From an uncultured Methanosarcinaceae archaeon (GTDB lineage Archaea > Halobacteriota > Methanosarcinia > Methanosarcinales > Methanosarcinaceae), in assembly GCA_963727895.1 (NCBI GenBank), contig CAVSHT010000011.1:160001-224000 (forward strand): 64,000 bases of DNA. The letters are read 5' to 3'. The number at the start of each line of letters is the position of its first letter. Position 1 is the first letter of the stretch. The notes under the pieces were generated by a model that was given only the letters and a program-made list of their open reading frames with translations, was not told the DNA's origin and made no database searches. Of the stretch, positions 11,732 through 22,557 are shown in pieces. The position numbers and the translations under genes were made by a program.

Positions 11732-12387
11732 TTTCTCACCGTTCCAAAACCGCGAGATACGGATTTTCCAAGACCGAAATAGTCGGGGATAAGGAAATTT
11801 ACCATAAACTCCCCTTTGAACGTAGCAATTTCCACTCCTTTCATTTTACTAGAACCTGGGTTCATATTAATCTCGCATTTGATCTGTCCCGGAACAGTAT
11901 ATCCAAGAGACTTGGACATCGAAAGAATGTTTCCAACCAGAGTTTTTCGAAGGAGTTCTTTTTGTGCTGTAGAGTCCATCTTCTTGTATTTGCCAGTGAA
12001 GTTTTCTTGGTTGAGGGCAAACCAGGGAGTTTCAAATCTGTAGGTATGGATTTTGTCTGAAATGCCAAAATCTTGTTCTTTAAAAGAGATTTTCTTTTCC
12101 AGAATTTCATATGTGGATTCACCTAGTTCGATTTTTTCATATTTATTGAAAATTTCCTGCAAGACTTCTACACCCTCATTTATCCCGAAAACTAGAGGAA
12201 TCCCTTTCAAAATTTGATATTGAACCAAAGGATACATATAGATAACTTTATCACAATTGTGTTGGTGCAAAAGTGTATACTCATTAAACCGGGTAGCGAA
12301 AAAACCTCGAAGTTTTGAGGCGTTTGTTCCTACTTTTCGGTCAGGAACAAGAGTTAGAGTTAGCGTTTTGACTTTCATGTCAATCAC
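11719..12387 (-). CDS. cas6: CRISPR endoribonuclease Cas6 (Cas6b-like)
   Basis: LHQH, YPLVQY and the C-terminal Gly-rich loop GLGKSVSRGFG; intact ORF. Confidence 0.9.
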   Translation of the reverse strand: MIDMKVKTLTLTLVPDRKVGTNASKLRGFFATRFNEYTLLHQHNCDKVIYMYPLVQYQILKGIPLVFGINEGVEVLQEIFNKYEKIELGESTYEILEKKISFKEQDFGISDKIHTYRFETPWFALNQENFTGKYKKMDSTAQKELLRKTLVGNILSMSKSLGYTVPGQIKCEINMNPGSSKMKGVEIATFKGEFMVNFLIPDYFGLGKSVSRGFGTVRKCSL

Positions 12388-14804
12388 ATATCATGCTGGA
12401 CTTTAATTCAAAAACAAAACCGGTTTCAGGATCATAATAATGTTTTATTTGTTCAAAAGGAATATATCCTATATTGAGATCCTCTAGTTCTTCACAGGAA
12501 AAGTCTTTTTTAGGCACCGAGATGATGTATTCATTGAATTTTTTCCTGATGGACAGGAATTTCTCTTTTCGATCCAGTGGATTTTTAAGAGATTTCATTA
12601 CAATGTATTCTTTCCATATTTCAGCCGCTTCGTTATCATTTTCTACAAATACATCTATTTTTTCGTATCCTGTTTTGTCATCTATTAACCTGAAATCGGA
12701 TGTAAGAGTTTTAAATTTAAGCTCATTTATGTATGAGAGTAGCTCTTTGGACTCATCTTCACTTGAAGTATCTTTAACTTTCCTGAAATAGTTGTTATTT
12801 AAAAAGAGCAGGTCTTTTTCATAAATTTCAGAGGGGAGGTCTTTCAACACTTCTTTTGTTTTGTCAATTAGAAAACTCGAATATATATATCGATGAAACT
12901 CTTTCCTTTCATCTTTCAGAACCACAATGTTTACTTGTCCTCGAGAACTCTTGGAAGAATTCCTGTTACATCTCCCTGAAACCTGATTTATTGAATCAAT
13001 TGTGGCAAAATCCCTGTAAACAACATCTACGTCGATATCTACTCCGGCTTCTATAAGCTGAGTGCTAACAATAATTTTTCTTTTTTCCGACTTTTCTTTG
13101 ATTTCCTTAATTTTTGTAAGCCTTTCTTTTGGAATAATGTTAGTAGAAAGATAATAATAATCACTATTTTCAAGTTCTAAATTCTTTAAATGATTAAATA
13201 CCTCAAGCGAAGATTTAAGAGTGTTCAATACAAACAAAAAATCTTTTTCGGAATTATTTTTTACTTCAGATTCAATTATTTCCTTGAAATGATCCATATC
13301 CATCGGATTCAGGTTTATATTCAGCTTAACTCGATCAAATTCCCTGAAATACGTATCTTTATTTTTTACCAGCTCAACAATTTCTCCCTTTTCAGGATCA
13401 AAAATGAGAGGTTGAGTTGCTGTTACAAAAATGAAGTACGTATTAAAATATTCTGCAAAACCCGAAATGATCTGTTTTAACAGTAGCCAGTACTTATGAG
13501 GAATTGACTGGATCTCATCAAGTATTACAATCGAATTTGCAATTGTATGAAATTTTCTGAGTGAGCGATTTTTATTAGACACAATTGTGTGGAAAAACTG
13601 GACAAATGTAGTTACGATTATCTCAGAGTTCCACCCCTCAATTAAAAATAAACCTTTAAGCCCTTCAAATTCTTCATCGTCTTGCGTTCTATAAAATATA
13701 TCTGCAAGGTGATGATGTTTAAGTAGCACTTCCTCAGAAGGATTTGCGGTCTCAACTGTTTTAAAAACATCTTCAAAAACATCGTAGTTCTGGTCTATTA
13801 TACTCAAAAAAGGTAGAGAATAAATTATTTTTGCTTTGATTCTCTTTTCCTCTCTTAATCTTGCTTTCAATTTTAATGCAAACGAAAGTGATGTGAGAGT
13901 TTTTCCCGAACCTGTAGGGACACTTATTGAATATATTTTATTATTAAGATCAAGTTTCTCAATACTTTCTGTAACTTCCTCATAAATCTCGTTACGTACT
14001 TTATTCATTATACCTTCACTATTTTGGAAACCCTTTTCTACCTTATACTTATCCACAAGTTCAGGTGAAATTTCGATTTCACTGGAAACATCAATAGAAG
14101 ACGCATCTATCTTATCAGAGTTTATAAGAATTGAGTATAGAGTTAATGTAATTAAATAATAGCCTGTAAATTGCTCCTTCTTGAGCAATTTTATGAATTT
14201 CCTTCTATTTTTTAAAATTTCGTTAGCTATGGAACGGTATTCATTGCAGAAAGTGTCGATGTCAAAAGAAATATCATACCCATCTAGTAACTTTTCATAT
14301 ATTGTTTTTAATTCACTTGTATCTAATGACTTTATTTGAAGATCAATAATTTCAAGAGTATCTTCATCTATAATTCTCGTATTTCATCCTCAGCATCTTT
14401 CAGGTTTCCATGATGCCTTTTTACAATGAGATATCCTATGATAGGAGTATATTCCAGAATATTTTTATCGTTAAGCGAATCTACATACTTTTTTAATATG
14501 TAATAGGTAAAAATAGCTGATATCAAGGCCATGATGATATTCTTTTTTATTTTTTAAGCCCCTCTGTATGGAAGGATCTAGTCTCAAAAAGATATCTTTG
14601 AAAATACCTTGTGCCTTTCCCAAAATCGTGACAAACACCTATAAGAAATGTTATTTTTGAAAAAGTATTTTCATCAATTCCAAACTTTTCCAGTGATAAT
14701 CTTTTCTCCCTGCTTGTCGAGATAGATTTGTTTCCTACATTGGATAAATGTTTAAATAGTATTTTATCGGGATGGGAATAAAGATGGAAATCACATGAAG
14801 ACAA
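12380..14804 (-). pseudogene. cas3: Cas3 HD-nuclease/helicase; HD part broken by several indels (~14190-14590)
   Basis: HD-region motifs YSHPDK, CHDFGK and the helicase motifs PTGSGKT, ILDEIQ, TAT, STQLIEAGVD, QVSGRCNR. Confidence 0.92.
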
Positions 14805-15493
14805 TTCCTTCTCCATTCTCAAGCCTCCAGAGATTATTTACATTCGCAAGAATGCATTTTGCATTTTTTTCAAACAAAACTTTGCCGTATTCTGTAACTT
14901 CCCTATTAGGAAGCATTTCTATTGGAATAGTCTCTGAAAAATACTCTTTTCCTTCTTCAAAATTGATTTTTATTAGCTCTTTTTCGGGAATTACAGAATG
15001 AATTTCCCTTTCAGAGTCTGAAAGTTCACTGACAGCCTCCATTTCTCCTATAAATTCATAATTGGCAATGTGTTCACTCAGACCGAGGCACAGAGTATAC
15101 ACCGACTTGTGCTCTTTTAACATAGAGTAAAGTTTGTTATATACTTCTTCCGAAGAATGAGAAAAATAAATCCTGTATCTTACATCTTTTAATACCTCGA
15201 ATCTTATCTGAGTTCTGGTCTTTATTCTGCTCATCATGGGAGCAATTTTGGTGTCGATTAAATTTTCTGCAATTCTGGTCTTTTTGATAGGACAGACCTA
15301 TTTTTACTGCAATATTTGCATCTTCTTTAGATAAATACTGCAGATACTCATCTTTTCCAAACCCCTCTATAGCACCAATCATTCCAGCAATAGCTGTTCG
15401 AGGAGGAATAGAATATGTAAGGGGAGAAGTTGTAGTATAGTGTTTTCGGAAATGACCGAATTCTCCCCATACATCGAACACTAATACTTTCAT
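14791..15493 (-). pseudogene. cas5: Cas5 (type I-B/Hmari), split by a frameshift near 15297
   Basis: MKVLVFDVWGEFGHFRKHYTTTSPLTYSIPPRTA N-terminus; C-terminal half is ORF 14791-15237. Confidence 0.9.
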
Positions 15494-15502
15494 GTTCTTA
15501 GC

Positions 15503-16487
15503 TCACATTGATAATTTTTCAGTATTAATCCCGGCTTCATTAAGGCTCTTTTCGAAGTCAGTCTCTTCTCCGCCATATGTGAACATAAGAGACCCGTCCA
15601 GACAAATCTGGATATTTTCAATCTTGTCTTTGTTTTTAGCCAGTATCATCAACCAATCTCTGGACATCAATCCTCTACCTGTGAGATATCCCGAATCTCT
15701 TCATCAATCAAATCAGACTTTAAGACTGAAAAGGTTGTTCAGATCCCCAATGTGATAATTTCCCTCTTTGTAGTTTACTTTCAACAGGAGACGGGGAACC
15801 TGGCCGACTTTTGACCTGGAAATCAGGTTCTTAGTTCCATTCCACATTCCATCAAGAAGCAGATCTACATCTTCCTCTGAAAGTTTCGTATCCTTTGCCG
15901 CATTTTCATTAATAATTCCGTAAAAACTTATCAAAGAATAGGGTAAGAAATCCTCTTCACGGAACGTTTTCTGACTGGCTCCTTCCTTTGAAGCAAAAGC
16001 TCCTGTTCCACGGAAATGTTTCATGAAGACTTTATGCATTGATCTACCGATCTTAAACTGTACAGGACCAGTATGAGTTATTGAACCTGTTTCTTTTTCC
16101 CCTTTCTTGACTTTAAGTTCAAGTGGAACAGTTCCACCAAATAAACGAACGTCAATACAATCAGCCAGAAGATTTCTCATTTATGGCACTTTTACCAGTT
16201 TCGAATGAATCAAGAGTCTCTTCAGTTGTCAAAAAATCTCTTGCTCTCATTTTTGCATCTTGAATAGAACCATTTTCATCTGAGATTTCTCTAACAAAAA
16301 TCTCTTTACCTCTAAACTTGTAGAGATGATCACGTATTGTTCTCTTAAGCCTGACATCTGTTACAAGGTTTATTCCTGTCTCTTCGTCAATCCGTGGTTT
16401 GTTTTCATCAAGTGGATCTCCGTTTGGATTTCCATCTTTTATATCATACAAAAATACAATTTCAGATCTTCTGTTTACTTCAGTCAT
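15503..16487 (-). pseudogene. cas7: Cas7/Csh2 (type I-B), split by frameshifts near 16175 and 15650-15715
   Basis: NPNGDPLDENKPRID, VTDVRLKRTIRD, IDVRLFG, SRSKVGQVPRLL; the tail can be followed to TGA at 15503. Confidence 0.9.
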
Positions 16488-18350
16488 TTTTAATCTCCTT
16501 TTCAGATTTAGGTGACTTTAAAAGGTTTGACAAATTCATACCAAGAACAAAATAGAAACTGATTTCATCGTTTGACATTTTCCAATTATTGCCAGATTGA
16601 ATCATGTATTTTGAGATCAGAGTATTCAAGTTCTTTATAATAATTAGCATCATACTCTTCGAGTTTATTTATGGTTTCAGGGAAGATTCTTTTTACATAA
16701 CGCTCATCAAGATTCAGGCCTCGAAGTTTAGTTCTAAAAGGAGTACTTCCACGCTGAAATTTTTGAATATTTAGTAAATACTGAACAAGTGCGCCTTCTA
16801 AAAAAATAGCCTTCTTTGCATCGGTATTGAAGAAATGTTCAAATTCCGAAAAGATAACATTTGTTCGTTCCTCATAACCATTGTTTTCCTTTGGTTCCAT
16901 GTCACTTAATAAAGTTGATAAATTCGTAGAATTCACACATTTACCTCCTGTATAATTTCCAAGCAAACATAAATTGACTTAAAAAATCTAACATTTGGAA
17001 TCCCAAAAACAGAGAATATCTTGTTGAATTTTCATTTCTGAAATCTTTTCTAATACGCTGCATAATATACTTTAACAGAAAATTATAATCAATGGAAGTT
17101 CCTGTAAATATCCCGTTTGTGATTTCTAAAAAGTACTTGTTTAAATCAGGGTCATCTAGAGTATTTGGGAAGAACCATCTTAAATTACCTAATGTGAATT
17201 GAATGGATTTTACTTCGGTATCATTAGAAAAATAGTTACTGAATATTTTTCTTTTGTCAACGATTTCTTTGGATTTGAAAAGCTCTCTTAACCTTGAAGG
17301 AAGAATGTCCTCGATATACAAAAGAATTCGATATGCCGAATTGGATTTTTCATAAAATTGGAAATTAAAATTAAGATAATTATCCTCTTCACTTAGAATT
17401 TCAAGGATATCGTTTTCATTAGTTGTTAAAAATCTTTTATAGTCCTTATTAAATGTAAATTTTTTCTCATTAAATTTCTCAAAAGTATCGAAAAGGTCCT
17501 CGTTAGTACTATTATTAAATAGCTTAGGGATAATGAGGAAATTGAACCCATAAAAACCAAAGGACATGTATTTTTCGATATATTCTTTTCCCGCTGTAAT
17601 TTTCAAGGCACATTCAAGGCAAATAGGATTATTTCTCCATGCCTTACTTTGGTCAAATCCTCCGCTAACAAATCCTCTTTTATCTACTGTATAGAATTCA
17701 TAAGGCGTAACGAAACCATAAACTTCATTATGTTTTTTACAAACCGAGCATAATTTATCATCGGCTTTAGAGATAATATCATATTTATTGTAAAACTTGG
17801 AAGCCCCATTGTTCTTAAGGATCTTACGAAATACTTCAAAATCTCCGACATATCTGATGAAGTCATTTTCTTCAAAAACTAAGGTTAATATCGAGTTCTC
17901 CTTTGAATCGATGGAATTAACTTTAGGTTCCAGATCTAAGAGTATTTTCTCTTCATTCTCTTTTATACACTTTCCAAGAAGCTCCAAAAATTGGACTTCT
18001 CCACTATCTAATATAGGCTTTGCTTCTTTCAAAGGCTTTGAGAACCAGCCTATAATCTTGTTAGAGAATGTTTTTTTGATTTCTGTGACTCGTGCAGTAG
18101 GAGTAATGTCTGGTCCATTAGAAGATCCTCTCTTATAGAGATATTTTATAATTTTCTCCTTTGAGTACTCCTGATGCTCAATTTCTTTAAACTCAAAATA
18201 ATCTTTGCAAGAAACTAACTTAATGCAAAATACATGTTTATAAGTTTCATTGCTCGCAGGGTTTTCAACTAGAATTGACACAAAATCATTTAAATCCTTA
18301 TTATCTTTTTCGAGTGCATACTCACCAATTTCTTTCATTGCTTCAATCAC
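16480..18350 (-). pseudogene. cas8b: Cas8b/Csh1 (TM1802-like) large subunit, split near 16960 and 16615
   Basis: CSVC...FYTVDKRGF...PICLEC zinc motif and C-terminal EISFYFVLGM; first gene of the operon. Confidence 0.87.
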
Positions 18351-18773
18351 AGAAATTACACCCTCTTAAAATAGTGAAATAGGTCCTATGTTTAATTTAG
18401 CGCACTTGTGTATCTTTGAAATATAGTCCATTATATACAAGTCATAAAATTGGATAGTTAACATATTTTATATATATTCCTAAAATTAATTATAAAAATA
18501 AATAAATTAATCAAAAACTCAAGTAGATCTGTTATTGTGACATATTTAATAAAAATAAACAATTGAGTAACTATAAGTTCAAATTTGCTTTGATTTATAC
18601 AAGAGATTCATTTAATTATGTCGTTATCTACTTGACTAGGATTTTCCCTTCAAAAATTATACTGCTGTCAGAGGAAGAGGCACCTGAAAAAAGGTTCAGT
18701 CTGAGGAAATGATCGAAAAAACATTTTACGATTATATAAAGAGGTCCTCTCGTAGTAGATGAAGATAAATTCA

Positions 18774-18895
18774 GATAGGACTTACGCGATTGAACTGAAA
18801 AATCAATAGCATTAAACCTATAACTGTCTAAAACGTATTTTTAACTATAACGTCTATTGTGCTTGATTTTAGATTTCAACTGTGTAAGTCCTATC
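18774..18895. mobile_element. MITE-like element with imperfect ~35-bp terminal inverted repeats
   Basis: GATAGGACTTACGCGATTGAACTGAAAAATCAA on the left and TTGATTTTAGATTTCAACTGTGTAAGTCCTATC on the right, with a non-coding interior. Confidence 0.55.
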
Positions 18896-19240
18896 AGATT
18901 TGATACTTTCATAATTCTCATTGAGGAATGGCTTAGAAAAAAGTTAAGGGTTAGGTTAGTGGTGGAGTGTATGAGGTAGATGAATAGGAGGAAATATGGG
19001 ATGAGGAATTTTAGCGAAGTACTGAGCGTATATATGTCAGCAGAGCCATATAAGCAAAAATATCATTTTGATGTTTATGACCGACTTCCCCTAGTAAAGG
19101 ACGAAAACTTTCAAACACTTTCTTTTCGAAATTTAGCTGTTACTGATTACCATTATATTTTGGAAATATATTTTATTTATTGTCCTTTTGGCTTTCAAAG
19201 TGGGACAAACAAATTTATTTAGCCCAATGTCTCTAAAGAT

Positions 19241-19255
19241 CGAAAGGTTTAAATA
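19241..19255 (+). promoter_or_regulatory. Archaeal BRE/TATA promoter of the small three-gene operon
   Basis: CGAAAGG-TTTAAATA about 50 nt upstream of ATG 19306; GGAG ribosome-binding site before the ATG. Confidence 0.6.
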
Positions 19256-19305
19256 TTTTGACGGCGTATATACTGTTAGTAATCGAAGATTCGGAGTTTT
19301 AAAAA

Positions 19306-19461
19306 ATGCTTAAAAAAGTTTTAAAATTAAATAGGGACGGCAGTATTGGTATTGGCGTTCCAGCAAAATTAGCAAGAGAACTTGCTCTAACTAGCGAAAG
19401 TTGCGTCAATATTGAAAAAGTCGGAAACAGTTTACATATTACTAAAATAAAAATTGATTAA
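19306..19461 (+). CDS. AbrB/MazE/SpoVT-like small DNA-binding protein (51 aa, not in the ORF track)
   Basis: MLKKVLKLNRDGSIGIGVPAKLARELALTSESCVNIEKVGNSLHITKIKID* matches the swapped-hairpin pattern (K-x-GS-x-x-IP..A..L.L..G..V.I...G..L.I). Confidence 0.75.
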   Translation: MLKKVLKLNRDGSIGIGVPAKLARELALTSESCVNIEKVGNSLHITKIKID

Positions 19462-19471
19462 GGCGATTAAA

Positions 19472-19780
19472 ATGACAACTACAAAAACGAAACTATTACA
19501 GACAGTTAGAAAACACTGTTTAAACTGCTGCGGCGGTTCATACCTCGATGTGGAAAACTGTGCAGCGGGTTCAAATGCTGAAACTTACTCGCAATGTGCA
19601 CTATGGCCGTTTCGATTAGGTAAAGATCCTGAGGAACCCTCAGTTGCTATGAGGGAAAAGGGACGAAAAATTTCCGAAAAACAAAAAGTTTTGAAGCAAG
19701 TACCCACAGGAAATAAAATCGCCAAAATTAGAGCAACAAGTCAGCGTCATGACATGGCTGAAAAAGTGTTTCTAGAGTAA
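19472..19780 (+). CDS. Cys-rich putative zinc-binding protein of mobile-element type
   Basis: VRKHCLNCCGGS..DVENC...QCALWPFRLGKDP motif followed by a basic tail; likely ATG at 19472. Confidence 0.7.
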   Translation: MTTTKTKLLQTVRKHCLNCCGGSYLDVENCAAGSNAETYSQCALWPFRLGKDPEEPSVAMREKGRKISEKQKVLKQVPTGNKIAKIRATSQRHDMAEKVFLE

Positions 19781-19818
19781 ACTCACAACTTATAACATAA
19801 TTTGACAGGGGATTAAAA

Positions 19819-20154
19819 GTGGAGTACCCAAAAAAGCTTATCTCACAGACGGAAGTTAAAAAAAGAGGGTGGACTGTTGAAATAATGAAGGAGCTTGGTT
19901 TAGAGTGCACAACTTTTGTCACAAACAGGCACAGACCAGACAGACCTGTAAAATTATTCTCAATTGAAGAAGTCACCAGCCTTGAAAAAACCGAGCAGTT
20001 CAAAAAAGCTTTTGAGCTGAACGAGGAAAAGAAAAAAGAGCGTCGTGCAAAGTCGGAAAAGAGCAAAGAGAAAAAGGCTGCACAATTGCAGAAACAGTGG
20101 GAAAAACTCAGGGTTAAACTTAGTACAGAAGGGCACATCCTTTTTCATGGATGA
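19819..20154 (+). CDS. Hypothetical basic protein
   Basis: 111-aa ORF in the operon, with KKRGWT...VKLFSIEEV and a Lys/Glu-rich helix. Confidence 0.6.
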   Translation: MEYPKKLISQTEVKKRGWTVEIMKELGLECTTFVTNRHRPDRPVKLFSIEEVTSLEKTEQFKKAFELNEEKKKERRAKSEKSKEKKAAQLQKQWEKLRVKLSTEGHILFHG

Positions 20155-20245
20155 GACAAAGTGTTGAAATTCAGCTGTCCTCCAAACTGTTATTTGATTA
20201 ACTCCTGCTTGCTTTGCAATTTTTTCACTTGTCTTTACCAAGTTA

Positions 20246-21574
20246 TCATTTTGATAACTTGGAGAATTTGTTCTTTCCCACCCACCATGAGCTTTCTTTT
20301 CTGATTTTTGCTTGTTCTGCAGCTGTTCTTGCTTTTTCTTCTGCTACTTTACGGGCATGTTCTATTAGCTCTAAACGCATTTCTTCTTCTTCTATGCGTT
20401 CTTTTTCAAGACGTGCTTTTTCAAGTTTTTCTTTTTCTTCTCGTTCTTTTTTTAGCCTTTCGCGTTCTGAGGCTAAGTTTTTTTCACGATTGAGCCTTGC
20501 TTCTTCTTCAAGCTGCTTTCTTTTTGCTTCCAGTTCTTCCATTCGCTTGGCAGTGTCTTCACGTTCAGTTTTTATTATTGCAGACTCAATGTCGTCTTTA
20601 TCTTGGATTACTTTTTCCATTGCCCTGATTTGAAATTCTTTGTCATGCTTTGCAAGGGCTGTTAAGTCTTCTTGATGATAGTTAATTTTTCTTGCAAGAA
20701 TTGTAGCTCTTGATATACCTGTGTTGGCTGTAATAGTGTCTATTGCTTCTGTTAATTCTTCTGCATAACGTACTTGTCGAGCGCTGATATTCATTTGATC
20801 TGCGAGTTTTTCATCTGTTTTAATCGAGTGGCAATTTTTGCCACTCGATAGTTTATACTCCAAACCTCCCCAAGCTTTCTTTTCTACTTTATACCTTCTT
20901 CCTATCAAATCATTTCTTGTGATACTGTTTATGTTTCTGCGCGCAAGTTGATTGTCAATAATCCATGCATATGCTTCATCTCTTGAAGCAAAGTTCTGCT
21001 CAATAGTTGTAAATTCAACGTTGTGCTTTTGGCATATATGATAACGGTTATGCCCGTCGATAAGGGTATTATTCCAAATGACTATCGGAAAGGCGGGGTT
21101 GAAGCCGTTTTCTACTATATTTTTCTCTAATCCCTCGTACTCTTCCTGAGTCAATGGAGGACGTAACGCTTCAAACTCAACATCTATTTTAAGCTCGGTT
21201 GATGCACTCCTAAACTGACGTGTGGAAAATCTCACTTGTTGTATATTCAATAGTTTTGTGGTGCTGTGTGTAAATAGCCTAAAAAGAATCATGTTGTTTG
21301 ATTCGTCAGGATAGGCTCTAATATCTTGCACTCTCTTGAATACATCAGATGAGACTCTAATTACCTTGTTCACAGGAGTGAACATAGGAATTTCAATCTC
21401 TTTTTCATCTATAAGTAGTATGAATTTTCCAGAACTTTTGATAATAGAGTCATTTGGTTTGTACTCGTCTAACATTGATGCAACAGTTGAGGATATTGAC
21501 ACAGCATCACTTTTGCAACTCATTAACATTTGTAGTACTTCATTTGAAACTCTAATTGTTTTGTCTTTATTCAT
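20246..21574 (-). CDS. Tandem ribbon-helix-helix-like + ParB/Srx-like domain + HTH + coiled-coil protein
   Basis: KTIRVSNEV and KVIRVSSDV (RHH-like); PPLTQEEYEGLEKNI...PIVIWNNTLIDGHNRY (ParB-like); DEKLADQMNISARQVR (HTH). Likely start MNKDK at 21574 behind GAGGGA. Confidence 0.8.
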   Translation of the reverse strand: MNKDKTIRVSNEVLQMLMSCKSDAVSISSTVASMLDEYKPNDSIIKSSGKFILLIDEKEIEIPMFTPVNKVIRVSSDVFKRVQDIRAYPDESNNMILFRLFTHSTTKLLNIQQVRFSTRQFRSASTELKIDVEFEALRPPLTQEEYEGLEKNIVENGFNPAFPIVIWNNTLIDGHNRYHICQKHNVEFTTIEQNFASRDEAYAWIIDNQLARRNINSITRNDLIGRRYKVEKKAWGGLEYKLSSGKNCHSIKTDEKLADQMNISARQVRYAEELTEAIDTITANTGISRATILARKINYHQEDLTALAKHDKEFQIRAMEKVIQDKDDIESAIIKTEREDTAKRMEELEAKRKQLEEEARLNREKNLASERERLKKEREEKEKLEKARLEKERIEEEEMRLELIEHARKVAEEKARTAAEQAKIRKESSWWVGKNKFSKLSK

Positions 21575-21584
21575 ATGATCCCTC

Positions 21585-21688
21585 GTATACATATGTATAC
21601 AACACTAAGGATATAAATTTTTGTATACACATGTATACACCTAGAATGATTAAAAATGTGTACACATATGTATACATATAAATGTATA
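21585..21688. promoter_or_regulatory. Three GTATAC-based palindromic clusters flanking the TATA box of the RHH-ParB gene (putative operators)
   Basis: GTATACATATGTATAC (21585-21600), TGTATACACATGTATACA (21622-21639), TGTGTACACATATGTATACA (from 21657); minus-strand TTTATAT at 21611-21617. Confidence 0.55.
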
Positions 21689-21759
21689 GGCTCAAAAATG
21701 CGGTAAAAATTTCGCCATTTTGGCGGAGTTTTTGTCTATGTTTTGCCCACGTGGCCCAC

Positions 21760-22040
21760 ATTCTGACTTTTTGATCAGCTATTATATCTGCATTCTCAGA
21801 GGATCCCTCATTTTGAGGGATCCTATTTAGACTGTTTGCAGCAAATTGATTTGTCCCCCAAACATTCTTTGTTTCATTATACCACCTGCCAAGCAAATCA
21901 TTTCTTATGATATTGTTTATATTTCTCCTGCCAAGTTGGTTTTCTATGATCCACATCTTAGCTGCAGATCTTGAAGCAAAGTCCTGCTCGTAATCTTCCT
22001 GAGTCAGTGGCGGAATTAACTCTTCAAACTCTTGAATTTC
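21760..22040 (-). pseudogene. Internally deleted second copy of the ParB-like gene
   Basis: EFEELIPPLTQEDY joins directly to EQDFASRSAAKMWIIENQLGRRNINNIIRNDLLGRWY. It is homologous to the 20246-21574 protein but lacks the GHNR core. Confidence 0.7.
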
Positions 22041-22238
22041 TTTTTTTCGTTCTATTTCGTTTTGGCATATAACCTTCTAGAGAAACGAAAGATTTTTGGA
22101 GGAGCCTTTTAGTTAAATATATAGGGACTTGCGCGCGGGCGCTTTCTTCGTTTTGACCTTTTTAGTGGCAACTGATACGTGCTGTATTTTTATAATATTT
22201 CGTTTCAGGCATTTTTTGTTTCGTTTTATTTCGTTAGT

Positions 22239-22411
22239 CTAGACCGACCAGTCTATATAATGTCCAGTTTAGTGTACTAGACTGACTGGTCTAGATAGAC
22301 TGATCTACATAATACGTGACTAGCATACTAGACCAATTGATACAGGTAGACTTGTCTACATAACGCTTAGTTTAGTGTACTAGACCAACTGGTCTAGACC
22401 GATTGGTCTAG
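22239..22411. repeat. Tract of CTAGACC-N4-GGTCTAG palindromes with ~51-bp periodicity
   Basis: Copies at 22239, 22277, 22328 (degenerate), 22380 and 22394; direct repeat AGTTTAGTGTACTAGAC at 22266 and 22369. Confidence 0.8.
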
Positions 22412-22557
22412 GTGTTTGAAGTATATATTTAAAAATTAAAGTATATACTATGATAGTTTATATAATTTTATGGATAAAAAGACATATCGTTATATAGTTT
22501 GAAGAACATATATAGATATGTAAAGCATTTATGCAATGAAAAACGAAAAGCAGGACG

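Noticed and set aside
18351..19240. CreTA/CreR-like mini-array upstream of cas8b
   Set aside because: I found no convincing degenerate copies of either repeat by eye; a sensitive alignment would be needed to exclude it fully.
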